Notes: a model not told the origin generated them from the letters alone. Shown: positions 1 to 12,848, counted from the first letter of the stretch. The stretch is 38,410 bases of DNA from Octopus bimaculoides (GCF_001194135.2 NC_068989.1:64006759-64045168), one strand, 5' to 3'. Made by a program: numbers and translations.

Positions 1-38
<38 letters not shown>
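1..38. repeat. (AT)n microsatellite
   Basis: Pure AT dinucleotide run at the window start. Confidence 0.98.
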
Positions 39-40
<2 letters not shown>

Positions 41-466
41 CCACTTCATGGTCATCTGAGTAAGAATTTTACTTTGTAACTATTTACTTCCGGGTTCAAT
101 TCCACTGCCTGCCTTATGCGCGTTTTCGCGCGTACATGCGTGTGTGTGTGTTTCTCTTCATATATAAAATCGTGCATTGGAATGCATAATTAGACGTTAT
201 AGAGTTTCGTATCCAGTCATCAATAATGATCGCGAAAATAATGACCTGAGCAAAATAAATACTGGATTCGATGAATTCTATATGATTGACTAAAACTCTC
301 GGAGTTTGTTGAACAAGATGGTCGAACTTATATCCAGATAAGGAAGGAGAAGAGGGTGAACTGTTACTCAGAACATTGTCTGCTGAGAGGTATTGACCTG
401 AAGAAGTGGAGTGTTTTCAGAAATTCTGGAGACCCTTGATCGGATTAGGTATGTCGTTGGTTTGTG

Positions 467-515
<49 letters not shown>

Positions 516-988
516 GTAAATCAAATTAACATCTTTCAAAAAAGAGGAAACTATTTATATGTGTCATGTATTATATAGTTTTATACGTATATAGGTCTAC
601 CGTTTTCTGTATTCATATCGGAGGAAATTGGTATAGATCTATGTTGGGAGCAGGGAGTACTACGGACTGATTGGCATTGGCAATCTTTGCACACATGGTG
701 GACACTCCCAAGTATCTCTATGTCTTGTTTATTTTCCCAGCCTATGAGTATTGTATGTTGAAAAGGATAGAATTAATAGCTAAACTTTATGTATTTGTAA
801 ATAGAACTGTACAAATATATGCAATTGTAGTATTTGCTGCCTAAGTATTTCATTCTGTTATACATGTAGAGATTTTAATTACTACTTTCATCAATTCATT
901 ATTTTTACACATACATATATATAGAAAATGTTTATTATTTACTCAACATTCTATTAATCGGTTCGTGAAAATTCTACGGATCCTGCTA

Positions 989-989
<1 letters not shown>

Positions 990-1024
<35 letters not shown>

Positions 1025-1055
1025 GTTATTGTTGTTGTTGTTGTTGTTGTTGTTA
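990..1055. repeat. Compound (ATT)n/(GTT)n microsatellite
   Basis: Trinucleotide runs; source of the poly-I/poly-V ORF 965..1321. Confidence 0.95.
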
Positions 1056-1585
1056 TTTTAATTCTTCCCCTTTCCATCTTCCGCTACTTGTCCTTTTTGT
1101 TCTTCCTTCTTTTTCTTTTTGTTTTTATCTTCCTCTTCCCCTTTGTCGTCTTTTTTCTTACTCCTACACTTTTCGTCTCTCTTCATCTTCTTTTACTTTT
1201 TTCTTTTTTTTCCATCTTCTTCTCTGCCCACCCACCCCCTCATTACTCTTACAAACAATACATCACGAAGACAACTAAAACGACGGTTCCGCCATGTCCA
1301 TTTTACACCCCTGGAAGTTGATTTCACGTGTCAAATATCTTAAAACTAAACCACCTTTTTCTTACAGTTCCTTTCCAATCATGCACTATAACCAAAACTA
1401 TTTTTTTTATTCTGGGAATTTTCCTTTCCCTTATGTGTAGCTTTGTTGTTTTTTCTTTCTTTCTGAGATCACGCTAGCTCCCATCATTATTCTAGTTTCC
1501 AATTACCATTTCGAAAATACACCATCGTTCTAAATACTCGTGATTCACTCACAGAATGAATTAGTCCTGAAATTAGATGAGATTA

Positions 1586-1605
1586 CACAACAACAACAAC
1601 AACAA

Positions 1606-1640
<35 letters not shown>
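1586..1640. repeat. Compound (CAA)n/(AAT)n microsatellite
   Basis: Direct reading of tandem trinucleotides. Confidence 0.95.
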
Positions 1641-1644
<4 letters not shown>

Positions 1645-1990
1645 ATAAACGTTGCTGAAAATGATAAAAATATAACTTTTCGAAGCATCATAAATAAGAG
1701 AATACATTCAAGACAAATGTAAAAAAAAAATGAATGATCATAAAAAAATAAAAAATTTTCTAAAAGAAAAAAAAAATCTTTAATTATCACCCCCCCCCCA
1801 TATGGACCTATTTATAATAGAACAACACATGATCAATTCGTAGATTGGTTCGTGTGCTTGTTGTTACTGTTGTTATTGTGTACTCTGTATTTTCTCCATT
1901 TCAGAATCGGACACGCGCAAATAGCATATGTATGTCTGCACGTATGCATGTTTATATGCATGTATGTTTGCATGTATGTATGTATGCATT

Positions 1991-1991
<1 letters not shown>

Positions 1992-2034
<43 letters not shown>

Positions 2035-2055
2035 AAAACAGACAGACAGACAGAC

Positions 2056-2122
<67 letters not shown>
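1992..2122. repeat. (GATA)n/(GACA)n microsatellite
   Basis: Tetranucleotide array. Confidence 0.97.
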
Positions 2123-2124
<2 letters not shown>

Positions 2125-2700
2125 TAAATGAGTATTTGCATGCATACATGTGTGTGTGATTGTATATATGTGTATATATTCTTTTCTGCTGGAGCCAAAA
2201 TATGCTATTACTACATTTCTGTATTTTAGAAAATATGTTGATGGATTGCTGGTTTCAATAAAAAAAACTGAGATGTCATGTACTTTTAAGCAATGAAAAT
2301 GCTACCTAATTGACTTCATGTACGGAAATGTATAGAAACGCAGTTTTGAAATATTATTATTGTATTATAAATAACATAAAACTAATATGAGATAAATTTA
2401 TATATCAATATATTCTCAGTCGGTGAAGAATTAGCTCAATGTTAAGAGAGTCGGAAATGTTTTAAGACAACATACTGTTTCTCAACGTGCAGTGCGATTA
2501 GTGCAAAATGAATCGTAATCGCTAGGTTGCGAGCAAATCGACTTAGAAAGACAAAAGACGACTATCATATGTTATCCCTTGTCAGTCTCATCTTAAGCTT
2601 CACTGTTCTACTGAGAAACACCTACGTTTAGCATTTAACAGAAAAATTTGCTCGGATTTATACTGAACAATTCAATTTACATAAGGGAAGTGGAGTCTTT

Positions 2701-3095
2701 TTTTTCTTTTATTATTAGTTTCAGTCATTGGACTGCGGCCATGCTGGGTCACCGCCTCAAAATTTCAGTCAAACACATCGAGCCATGCACTTATTTTGTC
2801 TGATACCTATCCTATCGATCTATTTCCCCAAGTGCTAGGTTGCGACGAACTAAACAAACCATCACCAGTTGACAAGCGTTCTAAGAACAAACGCCAAGGC
2901 ACAAACATACACACATATATATACACATTAACATATATACATATATATCATGGGCTTCCATACAGTTTCTTTCTATCAAATTCGCTTAGAAGGTATTAGT
3001 TGGACCGGGGCTATCGTAGAAGGGACACTCGCCGAATATATCGCTCAGGACCGAACCCAAAACCACGTGGTTACGAAGCAAACTTCTCAACTAAG
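2701..3095 (-). mobile_element. tRNA-derived SINE, abundant family with internal microsatellite (decayed full copy)
   Basis: 3' module (tttcagtcattggactgcggccatgctgg on +) shared with copies at 12455, 32405, 36926 and 37935; internal (AT/AC)n; degenerate tRNA-like head near 3050-3095. Confidence 0.8.
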
Positions 3096-3629
3096 CATTC
3101 ATTATATTTCCGTGTTATGAACGTATCTTTCTATGTCTTTACTGCCGTCCTTTGAATAAAGAGTATTTTTAATAGTTATTAATCTAACATTGATACACAA
3201 CCTGGAGTTCTACTCGTGTTATATTTTCAAATATATTTTGTAGTTTAATGGGAGAAAGAAAAGTAGCGCATAAGACTTTTGCAAAGTTTCCGATTCTCTG
3301 AAGGAGTTTATTTTGGAAGAACCTATATCATATGGATTACTGTTGTAAGAAATAGTGTATCGATATATATTATCCTCTGTTAGTCTCATAAAATAGATAT
3401 TGTGGTTAATAACAACATAGGAAACTCAACTGAAGATAATAGCAATGCCATCCGACGGCGATTCAAGTGCGCGGCTCAAATATAAGTTAATAGCAATTTC
3501 ATTTAAAGCTAAAATAGTTGTTCATCATGTGGCTTACGTTAGCTGAACAAGAAACTCACCTCGTCTGCAAGTATCTGGGCATCACTTCCGATTAATTTGC
3601 CTTTCACCATATTTCTCCAATCACATTAC

Positions 3630-4130
3630 TTAATTAAGTCTTTTCTCTCCCTGTGAAGCATAGACCATCTGTGACGTCTATACCGCTGCAGATTCTGTGC
3701 TGTCGTTTCTACTTCTCTCCAGTTCGATCCCATCTTTTTCAGTTCTGCCTCAGCATCTCGCCTCCCTCAGGGAGGTCTTGCTTGTCGCAGATCTTACTGA
3801 TTTTGAATTTTCCTCGGTGCCTCTGTAACTTCGCTTTTTTTTATCTTAACATGGTTGTTGGCCCTACGCAAATCTATATGGGCTACTTCGAGGAGGGGTT
3901 AGTCCATATTACTCTGGCCTCTATTCTTTGACTTATACATCATCAGAAATTCTCCTATGATCTAAACATCCACTGACATAGCTTTCGGTGCCGTTAAGGT
4001 ACACAATCCACGGCACCGCAACAAGGTTTGCTTGCAGTGGACCCAAATTACTAGCTTTTCCAAATCTAACACTAGTGGCATTTCTGATATTGTGATCCCG
4101 CTTACATGAAGAAGAGAGAGAGTTAAATCG
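3630..4130 (-). mobile_element. RTE-clade LINE 3' fragment (decayed)
   Basis: Minus-strand peptides VRFGKAS..., VYLNGTES (cf. LLYGSETW) and RRDAEAELKKMGSNWREVETTAQN match the RTE ORF C-terminus; terminal ctccctgtgaagcatagaccat (3647) nearly identical to 29860. Confidence 0.65.
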
Positions 4131-4807
4131 ATATACGAGTAATAGCATTCCTGAAAACAGGTCTTCCATTATCTATGCCATTTTATTGCTCTCTCAATGA
4201 GTGTATACAAGTTTTGAGCATGCAAGCATACTTTGGTAGACTGAATTTAATATATGCAATAAAAAATGTCAACAGTAACTACTTCTTCCTATCCAACAGC
4301 AATGATACCATATATTCACAGCTTTAAGCATACGCATATTGATCATGCATATACAGCAAGATAATTTCTTTTCTTTTTTTTTAACATTTTTAACTGATAT
4401 CAACAGAAAATTTGCCTCGTCATGCATCCATCCATTATATAATTCCTCTTAAATATTCTCTGTAACACAGCAATACGTAGGTTAGATACGCATATCGTAG
4501 AGACAGATTTTTTTTTTTTTTTCCTTGGAATAATTACAATAATAGAGTGTTACCCATCATATGAGTAGTAACTTCGGAAGTATGTTTTTGCCACCATGGA
4601 TAATATCATGAAGTATGGAACACAATAATTATAGTTTAAGTTATAACAGCTCTTTTTGTGCTTCTAAAAAATGATGCGTCGAATACTAATTTTCAAAATA
4701 AACATATTTGTTACTGTAAAACATAATTAAATAAAACAATATTCAAGAATTAAAAACAATCAAACCAATTTCATAAAATTTCCGTGTTGACTTTATTTTA
4801 TTAAATG

Positions 4808-4841
4808 TGACACACACATACAGTCACCTCTCTCTCTCTCT

Positions 4842-4878
<37 letters not shown>
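4808..4878. repeat. (CT)n microsatellite
   Basis: Dinucleotide run. Confidence 0.95.
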
Positions 4879-4881
<3 letters not shown>

Positions 4882-4925
4882 CTACTCCTCCTCTTTGCGT
4901 TTGTGTGTGTGCGTATACACACGAT

Positions 4926-5218
4926 GGACTGCCTCGTCGAAGACGACGTATGAGTGTTCAGCTTTTACCGAACGACGAGCACAAATGATTTGTTTATAGG
5001 GACCAAATGTTCGTGCCCCATATTAGCTCACTCTCTCCATCAAATCGACGTTGTCTGAACAGGTGCACTGTGTACCAACCGTCAGGTGTCGAAGTGATCG
5101 CAGAGCAGTGCGAGATGAAATGCTTTGACCAAGAGCACAACTCACTACCCGGTTTAGGAATTGAACTCACGATCGTTAGATCACGAGTGCAACACGCTAA
5201 CCACTAAGCCGTGTGCCC
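4926..5218 (-). mobile_element. tRNA-derived SINE (second family)
   Basis: Minus-strand head ggcttagtggttagcgtgttgcactcgtgatc...gtgagttcaattcc with A-box and B-box, followed by a body of about 230 bp. Confidence 0.8.
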
Positions 5219-5223
5219 TCGTA

Positions 5224-5506
5224 GGGATTGCACCTAGAAAGCTCTCCTCCGAGGCACAAGTCCAGGCAAGGTTGTTTATGGAGGATCATGCATAACAGCC
5301 TCCCCTCTCCACGCTACCGATGGGAAAAGCGAAGCCTGATACATTTTGGTTTCAGTGACATCGCAACTCATTTCTACAGCTGAGTGAACTGGAGCAACGT
5401 GAAATAAAGTTTCTTGCTCAAGAACACAACACTAAGCCCGGTCCGGGAATCGAACTCACTACCTTATAACTGTGAGCCCGACACTCTATCTACTGAGCCT
5501 ATGCGC
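5224..5506 (-). mobile_element. tRNA-derived SINE (third family), in tandem with the previous copy
   Basis: Minus-strand head gcgcataggctcagtagatagagtgtcgggctcacag...gtgagttcgattccc; central gttgctccagttcactcagctgtagaaatgag block. Confidence 0.8.
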
Positions 5507-5525
5507 ATTCATATATATATATATA

Positions 5526-5805
5526 NNNNNNNNNNNNNNNNNNNNNNNNNNNNNNNNNNNNNNNNNNNNNNNNNNNNNNNNNNNNNNNNNNNNNNNNNNN
5601 NNNNNNNNNNNNNNNNNNNNNNNNNNNNNNNNNNNNNNNNNNNNNNNNNNNNNNNNNNNNNNNNNNNNNNNNNNNNNNNNNNNNNNNNNNNNNNNNNNNN
5701 NNNNNNNNNNNNNNNNNNNNNNNNNNNNNNNNNNNNNNNNNNNNNNNNNNNNNNNNNNNNNNNNNNNNNNNNNNNNNNNNNNNNNNNNNNNNNNNNNNNN
5801 NNNNN
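5526..5805. other. Assembly gap (N) between (AT)n and (CT)n
   Basis: Run of N. Further gaps at 11789-12015, 13158-13580, 25735-26245, 28433-28880, 30573-30641 and 36303-36312, all abutting microsatellites. Confidence 1.
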
Positions 5806-5856
<51 letters not shown>

Positions 5857-6094
5857 ACTCTTTGTTTTCTCTATCGCTCTTTCTCTCTCTCCTCCTCCTC
5901 CTCTCTATAGGAAGCAAAGCATGATTACAGATTCAACCAACCAGCCAACCAACATTTATGGGGAGTATTATTGTACAGAGATTTACAAACGTACACCAAT
6001 CAATATTGTTGATACAAAGGGAACTGAGTTATGATTCATTCCTTCTTATACTGAATTTAAAGGCAGACAGCGATTACTTTCCATGTTGTTATTG

Positions 6095-6345
6095 TTATAA
6101 CCTCCGCTTTAGCGAAAGCGGAGGTACTGTTTTTAGTCGTGCTTGTTTATTTGTTAGCTCGTGGACAAGATATCTCCAGAACCGCTGGATGGATTCGGAT
6201 GAAGCTTTCAGAGATATTTGACCTCGTGACAGGCTCGAACTGATTAGATTTTGGGATCGACCCGGTACGGACAATGATTCTAGATTATTTTTTTGGTTCT
6301 TTTACTTAATTTTTGCGAGCGGCCGGGTCCATTTTTAGTATTCTT
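6095..6345 (+). mobile_element. HINE/DINE-1/Pearl-like non-autonomous Helentron-type element (3'-truncated)
   Basis: 5' perfect hairpin acctccgcttt-agcg-aaagcggaggt (6100-6125), short (ttgt/ttat) tract, then gatatctccagaaccgctggatggattcggatgaagc...gattagattttgggatcga core typical of this class. Confidence 0.7.
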
Positions 6346-6955
6346 GTAATTGTTATTATAAAAAAAAAGACTTATTGCCAGAATCGTTTTAGCCAGGATT
6401 CCTCTGTATTTTATATCTTAAGCTTTATTATCCAACATATTCTATTTTTAGGCATTTCATTCATTTGAAATTAATATAGCAGCAATTTCTAGGAAATCGT
6501 ACAACTCAGTAAAAGCAACTGCGTTAGGCCAGGCTAGTTGGCTCACCAATTAATATTCTTGACACAGAGGTCACAGTGTGTACAGAAAGGCCGGGTACCA
6601 TACGAAACACAAATCTTCTTTTTAGTTCCTTCTTTTACATCCTAAATGAGAAAGCAGCTATAGTCAAAGTTTTGCATCGATTGCTTTTTCTTCATGTACT
6701 CGCTGTTGTTTTTTTTTTTTTTGTTGTCACCGTTGTTGTTGTTGTTGTTGTTTAACACCAGGTTCATGTTGATTAAGTAGACTTATATTCTATGGCAGTC
6801 GAACTGTGATGAACCTGTTATTTTTGTTTGCTTCTACTTCAGACGATAGAATACAATATTCATGTCTTCTGGGGGGGGGGGGGTTCAGACAGTAATGTGT
6901 GAATTGACAGTAGTTTTATAGTCATTTCTGACATGTAGAGGATTTATTATAAAAA

Positions 6956-7431
6956 TATATGTATTTAGCCCCCCTTAAAAGTGGATGTTCTCTCGGAACA
7001 CAGAATACCGCGGTATTTACCATGGGGGGAAACTCTCAGATTGGCTTCCGCTTCGTAAACACACACTTTATATCGGCAGTGGGAGGTAAATCATTTGCCA
7101 CCACCGAGACCACAAGATAACGTGATTTCGGCCTTCCATGGCCTTATCATTGTTGGATGCTTGGATGCTGGAGAAAGCAGCGATGTATCTCTCCTAGCGA
7201 TATATAGAATCACAGCGCCAGAACAGGCACTGGTGTCACGAATAGCCAGTGGGTTTATTAGAAGAAAATATTTAATAGCGACTGACGCAGTATTAATACC
7301 GAAACGTAATACTTAGCCCCACAAGAATGCGTTTACGCACCGAAAGCCAATATGGGAGTTTCTCTCATGGCAATATTTCAGTATTCTCTGTTCTAAAAGA
7401 ACGTCCACTTTTAAGTGAGGCTAAACATATA
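6956..7431. mobile_element. MITE with about 100-bp imperfect terminal inverted repeats
   Basis: 6956-7060 aligns to the reverse complement of 7331-7431 (tttagcc.c.cttaaaagtgga.gttct...gaaact..ca.attggctt.cg...cgtaaac); ends lie in TA context; no coding capacity. Confidence 0.8.
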
Positions 7432-7592
7432 GAGGACTGATGTCTTTCGCTTTTTGTTGTTGTTTTAGTTCTTTGGGTTTTTTATTTATGTGGGGAAGCA
7501 CTAGGCTACTTAAATAAGAAGAAAAATTATTTTCGAGATGTGAATCACTTGTAGGGTATTGTCTTCTATGTTTTTACATAGTAATCGTAGAT

Positions 7593-7698
7593 GTGTAGGC
7601 ATGATGGTGCGGTTAAGTAGCTCACATTGCAAGCACGTAGTTTCAGGTTCAGTCCCACAGCGCGGCACTTTTGGCAAGTGTTTTCTTCTACAGCTACG
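7593..7698 (+). mobile_element. SINE head fragment (abundant family)
   Basis: gtgtaggcatgatggtgcggttaagtagc...caggttcagtcccacagcgcggcacttttggcaagtg matches the head of the copy at 16453. Confidence 0.75.
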
Positions 7699-7868
7699 AA
7701 CAAAAACTCTCAACAACTTCATTTGATATCCAGAAATGAGGTACTTTGATCTATAGTTAACTTAACACTAAACATGACCTCCATGACTGTAGTAGTCAAC
7801 TTTGCAGTGATTGTTATAAAGGTCTAAGCTTACAATTTACAGATACTACACTCTCTATATATAGATAT

Positions 7869-7911
<43 letters not shown>

Positions 7912-8227
7912 TAGATAACCTATGAATATGTTATATATATGAACATATGTTATATATAAATATATATATGCAAATACAATGAAGTTCATAAGATAATTAT
8001 TTATTCCTTTCTCATCTCTCGTTATCGCTCTATACGCAGCCACCACTTCGTTCCGAAATATACGTATAGTGAGTTTACATCGGGTTATTGGTCTCGTACT
8101 GCCTAAGCAAGATCTTAGAATTCATCTAAAATAGATTTTCTTCTATCCTCAGCGGAATATATGTAAAAAATATACGATCGATCGTTAATACATACCCATA
8201 ATAAAGCGAATTTTCAAATCTTTTTCG

Positions 8228-8265
<38 letters not shown>

Positions 8266-8269
<4 letters not shown>

Positions 8270-9109
8270 GGGTATCCAAAAGTAACTGGAAACGTTTTCT
8301 GTGGGAGAAACCCGTTGTAGTTCAGATTTCCACCGCTATAAAACACTTGATGCGATCCTCAGGCGTATCAGTGTGCCGATCGATGGCATCGGATGGAGTC
8401 GTAATGTTACGTGGTGCGTCTTTGTTTAGCAGTGCTTCTCCCCTGTTCGTCGATTTTTACAATAGCTGAAACGAAGGAACAGCATGCTTCTGAGAAATTC
8501 TGCATTCTGCTGGAGAAAACGGCGGCCGAAATAGTTGTCGTGCTTCAGACAGCTTATAAGGAAGCTGCCATGAGCAAAACAGAAGCTTATGAGTGGTTTT
8601 CACACTTATCCAGAGCGACCGTCGACGTCACTGATCTTGGAAGACCGACTCCGAACTAGTCATCAAACTTGTTGGTATGACTGGTGTGTACTGGAGCTCC
8701 TGCTAAAAAGTTTTAAGCGAGGAATTGCGAATGTAAAGAGTGGCAGCAAAATTTGTGCCTCGCTTACTCACAGAAGGCCAAAAGCAGTCACGACTAAACG
8801 CGTGTCATGAACTGAAAAAAACAGTTTGGAATTGCTCTGGACCTTTCTCCGAAGGTCATCACTGGTATTGAAAGCTGCTGCTTCGTAAATTGCAGATGTG
8901 GAAGAGGTGAAGAGAAAAACGACGGAGACGTTCGTTAAAAGGCATCACTTCGCAAGAGTTCCAACACTGCTTCGAATAGATGAAAACGCGCCTGGACCGA
9001 TGCGTTGCTTCAAATGGAGAATACTTCGAAGGCGATAAAAGTGAAACATGTAAAACTAAGTGAATAAAAGAATATTGCAAAATTCCGGTTTCTTTTGGGT
9101 ACCCTCTTG
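8266..9109 (+). mobile_element. Mariner DNA transposon, internally deleted, both TIRs present
   Basis: TA-flanked TIRs (tgaggggtatccaaaagtaactggaa / rc caagagggtacccaaaagaaaccggaa); HTH peptide EQHASEKFCILLEKTAAEIVVVLQTAYKEAAMSKTEAYEWFS; KVITGIES (cf. TGDES); C-terminus RLDRCVASNGEYFEGDK; middle of catalytic domain missing; inserted in (TA)n. Confidence 0.9.
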
Positions 9110-9387
9110 TATATATACATGCATGTGTATATGCATATATATATATCGTATAACATTTGAATGTAAAATTAAGTATTATCCAAGCATAATAAGATTACCA
9201 AAGACGACAATCACGCAATATCAATATATGCAATAATGCACACAAACCAATCACCATAAACCATGAACCCTTTAACATGTTCAACGAAAGAGAATGAAGG
9301 TCAACTGAGAATATAGAGAACCCGACATATATTGATATAAAAGATTCACTGACTACAAGCATGTATGTATTTTATGTACGTGTGCAT

Positions 9388-9424
9388 GTATGTATGTATG
9401 TATGTATGGATAGATAGATAGATG

Positions 9425-9473
<49 letters not shown>
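9388..9473. repeat. (TATG)n/(GATA)n microsatellite
   Basis: Tetranucleotide arrays. Confidence 0.95.
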
Positions 9474-9474
<1 letters not shown>

Positions 9475-9947
9475 AATACATATATAATCTCGCACACACA
9501 TTACGAATTAATTTCTAAACAGAAACAACTAAAGAATAACAAGCTCTATAGAGATGAGCTGAAAGCAATATAACTTAATACAACGTTATGTAAGCTCACT
9601 GGAATAAAAGAACTCGAGGAATATGCATTAAAATAAACATAGACGATACAACAGTATTTCTGAAAACTGTATGCATTTAAAATAATGCGAGCCATACTTT
9701 CCTCAGCTCGGAGCAGGATAATAAAATTCGGTTGTAACTACGTTATTCAGAATGGAATCATTCTGCATTCTAAATATAAGTATGACAGTATTTCATAGAT
9801 TTAATATAGTGAACTGAAAAAGTTAACGAAAGATATCCATGTAATTATTAGTCAAAAACTTCCTCTATGTGTATTTCAAATGTAATAAAAATAAGCAGTT
9901 GAGATTAGTGCAGCATGAGCAATTAATTAAAAATTCCCAATTACCTT

Positions 9948-10570
9948 CCTCTCTCTCTCTCTCTCTCTCTCTGTCTCTTGCTCTCTCTCTCCCTCTTTTT
10001 CACTCTCTCTCACTCTCTCCTTTTATCTCTTTCTCCTTTCTCCTCACTTTCTTTCCCTCTCCCTCTTCGTTTCCTTCATTCCCGCATCTTCACCTTCCTT
10101 TTTCTTCACTTCATTATTCGGTGTTTTTGTTTTTTATTTATCTTTTGACTTCTACAGCTCTAATCTTGACACTCTTTCTATATTCTGTCATTATACTACA
10201 CATGCTCTTTTTCTCCCTTCTCTCTCTTTCTATCTCTCTCTCACACATACACACTCACACACACTCACACACACTCACACACACACACTCTCTCTCTCAC
10301 TTTCTATCTCTCTCTATCTATCTATATTTTTCTATATTTTCTTCCCTATCCTGATTAGATGTTCTTTTCACGAAAGCCACAACCCTGTCCTCCTGTTCTC
10401 TATCATTCTCTCTTCCTATCACTCTCTCTCTCTCTCGCTCTCCCTCTCTTTCTTCTTGTGTCTATTATATTTAGTATGCAGAATGATTCCATTGTGAATA
10501 AACAAGTCTATCTCTCTACCTTTATCTCTCTCTCCCCTACACGCTTCACTCCCCTCTCTACCTATTTATC
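9948..10570. repeat. CT-rich low-complexity tract with (CT)n/(CA)n runs
   Basis: Polypyrimidine strand; source of ORFs 9869..10354 and 10359..10586. Confidence 0.9.
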
Positions 10571-11429
10571 TATTTCACGTGAGTGACTGTGTGGATTTGT
10601 ACTGTTGTGGATATGTGTGTGCATATGTCTGTCTCCTTTTTCTTTCTTTCTGTTCGTCTCTCAATCTCTACAAATGTTCCCACTCTCTTTTGCAATATAC
10701 GTTCTCTCTTTCTTATTAAATAAATACCATGTGATCGATATGAATAATATAAAGATTTAACGAACTTTTGTTTATTTTACCTCTAAGTTCATACAAAAGT
10801 CTTCACTTGCGAAGGAAGCTATACTATATTTTGAGGGATATTTTTTTTTGTTTATTCGTTGTCCGGTTTTGTAAGATCAGATTCACTGTCGTTGCATTAA
10901 ATGGATGAAGAGGCATAGAATCTGTCTAACATTATTAATGGATTTAATATTATAACAGCTAAATGACTGAAAATCGATCTTGTTCACTGCTGAATATTTT
11001 CTTTGAATAACAATTTCAGAAAAAGAATATGATTTGAATTAAACCTCATTCACGAAATTTTATCCTTCAAAATAACAATTCGTAGTCAGTTTGTGTAATA
11101 CATCCGTTCCCGGAGAGAAAATTCCAAATGGTTTCGCCGAAATGCTGTTGGGCGGACAAGCAGCTAGAATAAGACGAAATAACTACCAGGTCTGAACGAT
11201 CAGTAATAACCAACTAGTTCAAAGATTTGCCTTTTGATTATAACCGAACAAAATATATATCATTAATAACTAGAACCACAATAAAAACAATAATAATGGC
11301 TTCTAACAAAGGTGACAAACTTGTAAGATAAAAGTCGAATAAATCGATCCAAGATGGTTGCTGCAATCTATGTGTATATAGTTGAGGGAACAAACACAAA
11401 GTTGACAACAATAATCGTTTGATAATAAC

Positions 11430-11600
11430 AATGATAATAGTAGTGGTATTTTGTGATATTTTGGTTATCTTTATTTCTAGATTTCTGTATTTAGATAATT
11501 TCTCCATTTATTTGAAGGTTATATTACCGTCTGTTTTGATCGATGCACAAATCAGACGACATTGGGTTTGCTGACTTATACCTTTGCTATCCCATTTATG
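11430..11600 (-). mobile_element. R4/Dong-like LINE, restriction-like endonuclease (RLE) domain relic
   Basis: Minus-strand CRLICASIKTDGNITFK*MEKLSKYRNLEIKITKI matches the RLE motif C.LIDVSIP.D.N...KE.EKLSKYKDLEIEITRMW. Confidence 0.7.
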
Positions 11601-12015
11601 CCGGTATTTCATGATTCTGGAATAATAGCCTGTGTTTGACATCTACAACATTATCGTGCCTATGCACATACGGATACATTGACACAGACACTAACATACA
11701 TAAAAACGTATGAATATATATGATTATAAATATAGATATACATATATACACATATATATGTATGTAAATATATATATATATATATATANNNNNNNNNNNN
11801 NNNNNNNNNNNNNNNNNNNNNNNNNNNNNNNNNNNNNNNNNNNNNNNNNNNNNNNNNNNNNNNNNNNNNNNNNNNNNNNNNNNNNNNNNNNNNNNNNNNN
11901 NNNNNNNNNNNNNNNNNNNNNNNNNNNNNNNNNNNNNNNNNNNNNNNNNNNNNNNNNNNNNNNNNNNNNNNNNNNNNNNNNNNNNNNNNNNNNNNNNNNN
12001 NNNNNNNNNNNNNNN

Positions 12016-12312
12016 CGGTCATAGGATCGCGGTTTCGATTCCCAGACCGGGCGTTGTGAGTGTTTATTGAGCGAAAACACCTAAAGCTCTACGAGGCTCC
12101 AGCAGGGGATAGTGACGAACCCTGCTGTACTCTTCCATCACAACTTTCTCTCACTCTTACTTTCTGTTTCTGTTGTGCCTGTAATTCAAAGGCTCAACCT
12201 TGTCACACGGGTCTGTGGAGTGCTCAGCCACTTGCACGTTAAATTCACGAGCAGGCTGTTCCGTTGATCGGATCAACTGGAACCCTCGACGTCGTAAGCG
12301 ACGGAGAGCCAA
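12016..12312 (+). mobile_element. tRNA-derived SINE (fourth family), 5' end in gap
   Basis: B-box region gatcgcggtttcgattcccagaccggg followed by a SINE-like body ending ...cgtcgtaagcgacggagagccaac plus (AT)n. Confidence 0.75.
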
Positions 12313-12454
12313 CATAATATATACATATATATATATATACATACACATATATATATATATATACATAGATATGTAGATACTCAGATATATATATGTATAT
12401 ATGATATATATAATATATATATATACAGAGAGAGAGAGACTCAAATATACGCTT

Positions 12455-12848
12455 TTACTCTTATACTTTCATTTGTTTCAGTTATTTGATTGTGGCCATG
12501 CTGGAGCACCACCTTAGTCGAACAAATTGACCCCACAACTTATCCTCCGCAAGCCTAGTACTTATTTTGTTGGTCACTTTTACCGAACCGCTAATTTACG
12601 GAGACGTAAACACACCAACATCGGTTACTAAGCGAGGGTGGGGGACAAATATACACATACACATATAAACACATATATATATACGACGGGCTTCTTTCAA
12701 TTTCCATATACTAAATTCACTCACAAGGCTTTGCTTGGCCCAAGGTTATAGTAGAAGACAATTGCCCAAGGTGCCACGCAGTGGGACTGAAGCCGGAACC
12801 ATGTGATTGTTAAGCAAGCTACTTACCACACAGCAACTCCTGTGTCTA
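12455..12848 (-). mobile_element. tRNA-derived SINE, abundant family, full length
   Basis: Head (rc of gtgccacgcagtgggactgaagccggaaccatgtg...ctacttaccacacagc), internal AT/AC repeat and shared 3' module. Confidence 0.9.

Noticed and set aside
180-460. Moderately GC-balanced stretch that looked exon-like, including a ctgaaga...gaaa motif near 397
   Set aside because: Stops in or near all frames, no recognisable peptide, and no stem II pairing for a hammerhead.
1243-1305. Possible small minus-strand exon ending in a gtaag donor (GVKWTWRNRRFSCLRDVLF)
   Set aside because: Weak acceptor, no start codon in the open frame, and no partner exons found; needs RNA-seq.
965-1321. 118-aa hydrophobic ORF and similar poly-I/V/L/YI/SL/CV/HT ORFs across the window
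   Set aside because: They are translations of microsatellites or run through N gaps; no domain-like content.
4590-4628. Perfect vertebrate Kozak GCCACCATGG
   Set aside because: Opens only a 10-codon ORF (MDNIMKYGTQ*) in AT-rich sequence; most likely chance.
11086-11189. Open stretch VSLCNTSVPGEKIPNGFAEMLLGGQAARIRRNNYQ as a candidate exon
   Set aside because: Poor polypyrimidine tract, weak donor (cag/gtctga) and no recognisable protein family.
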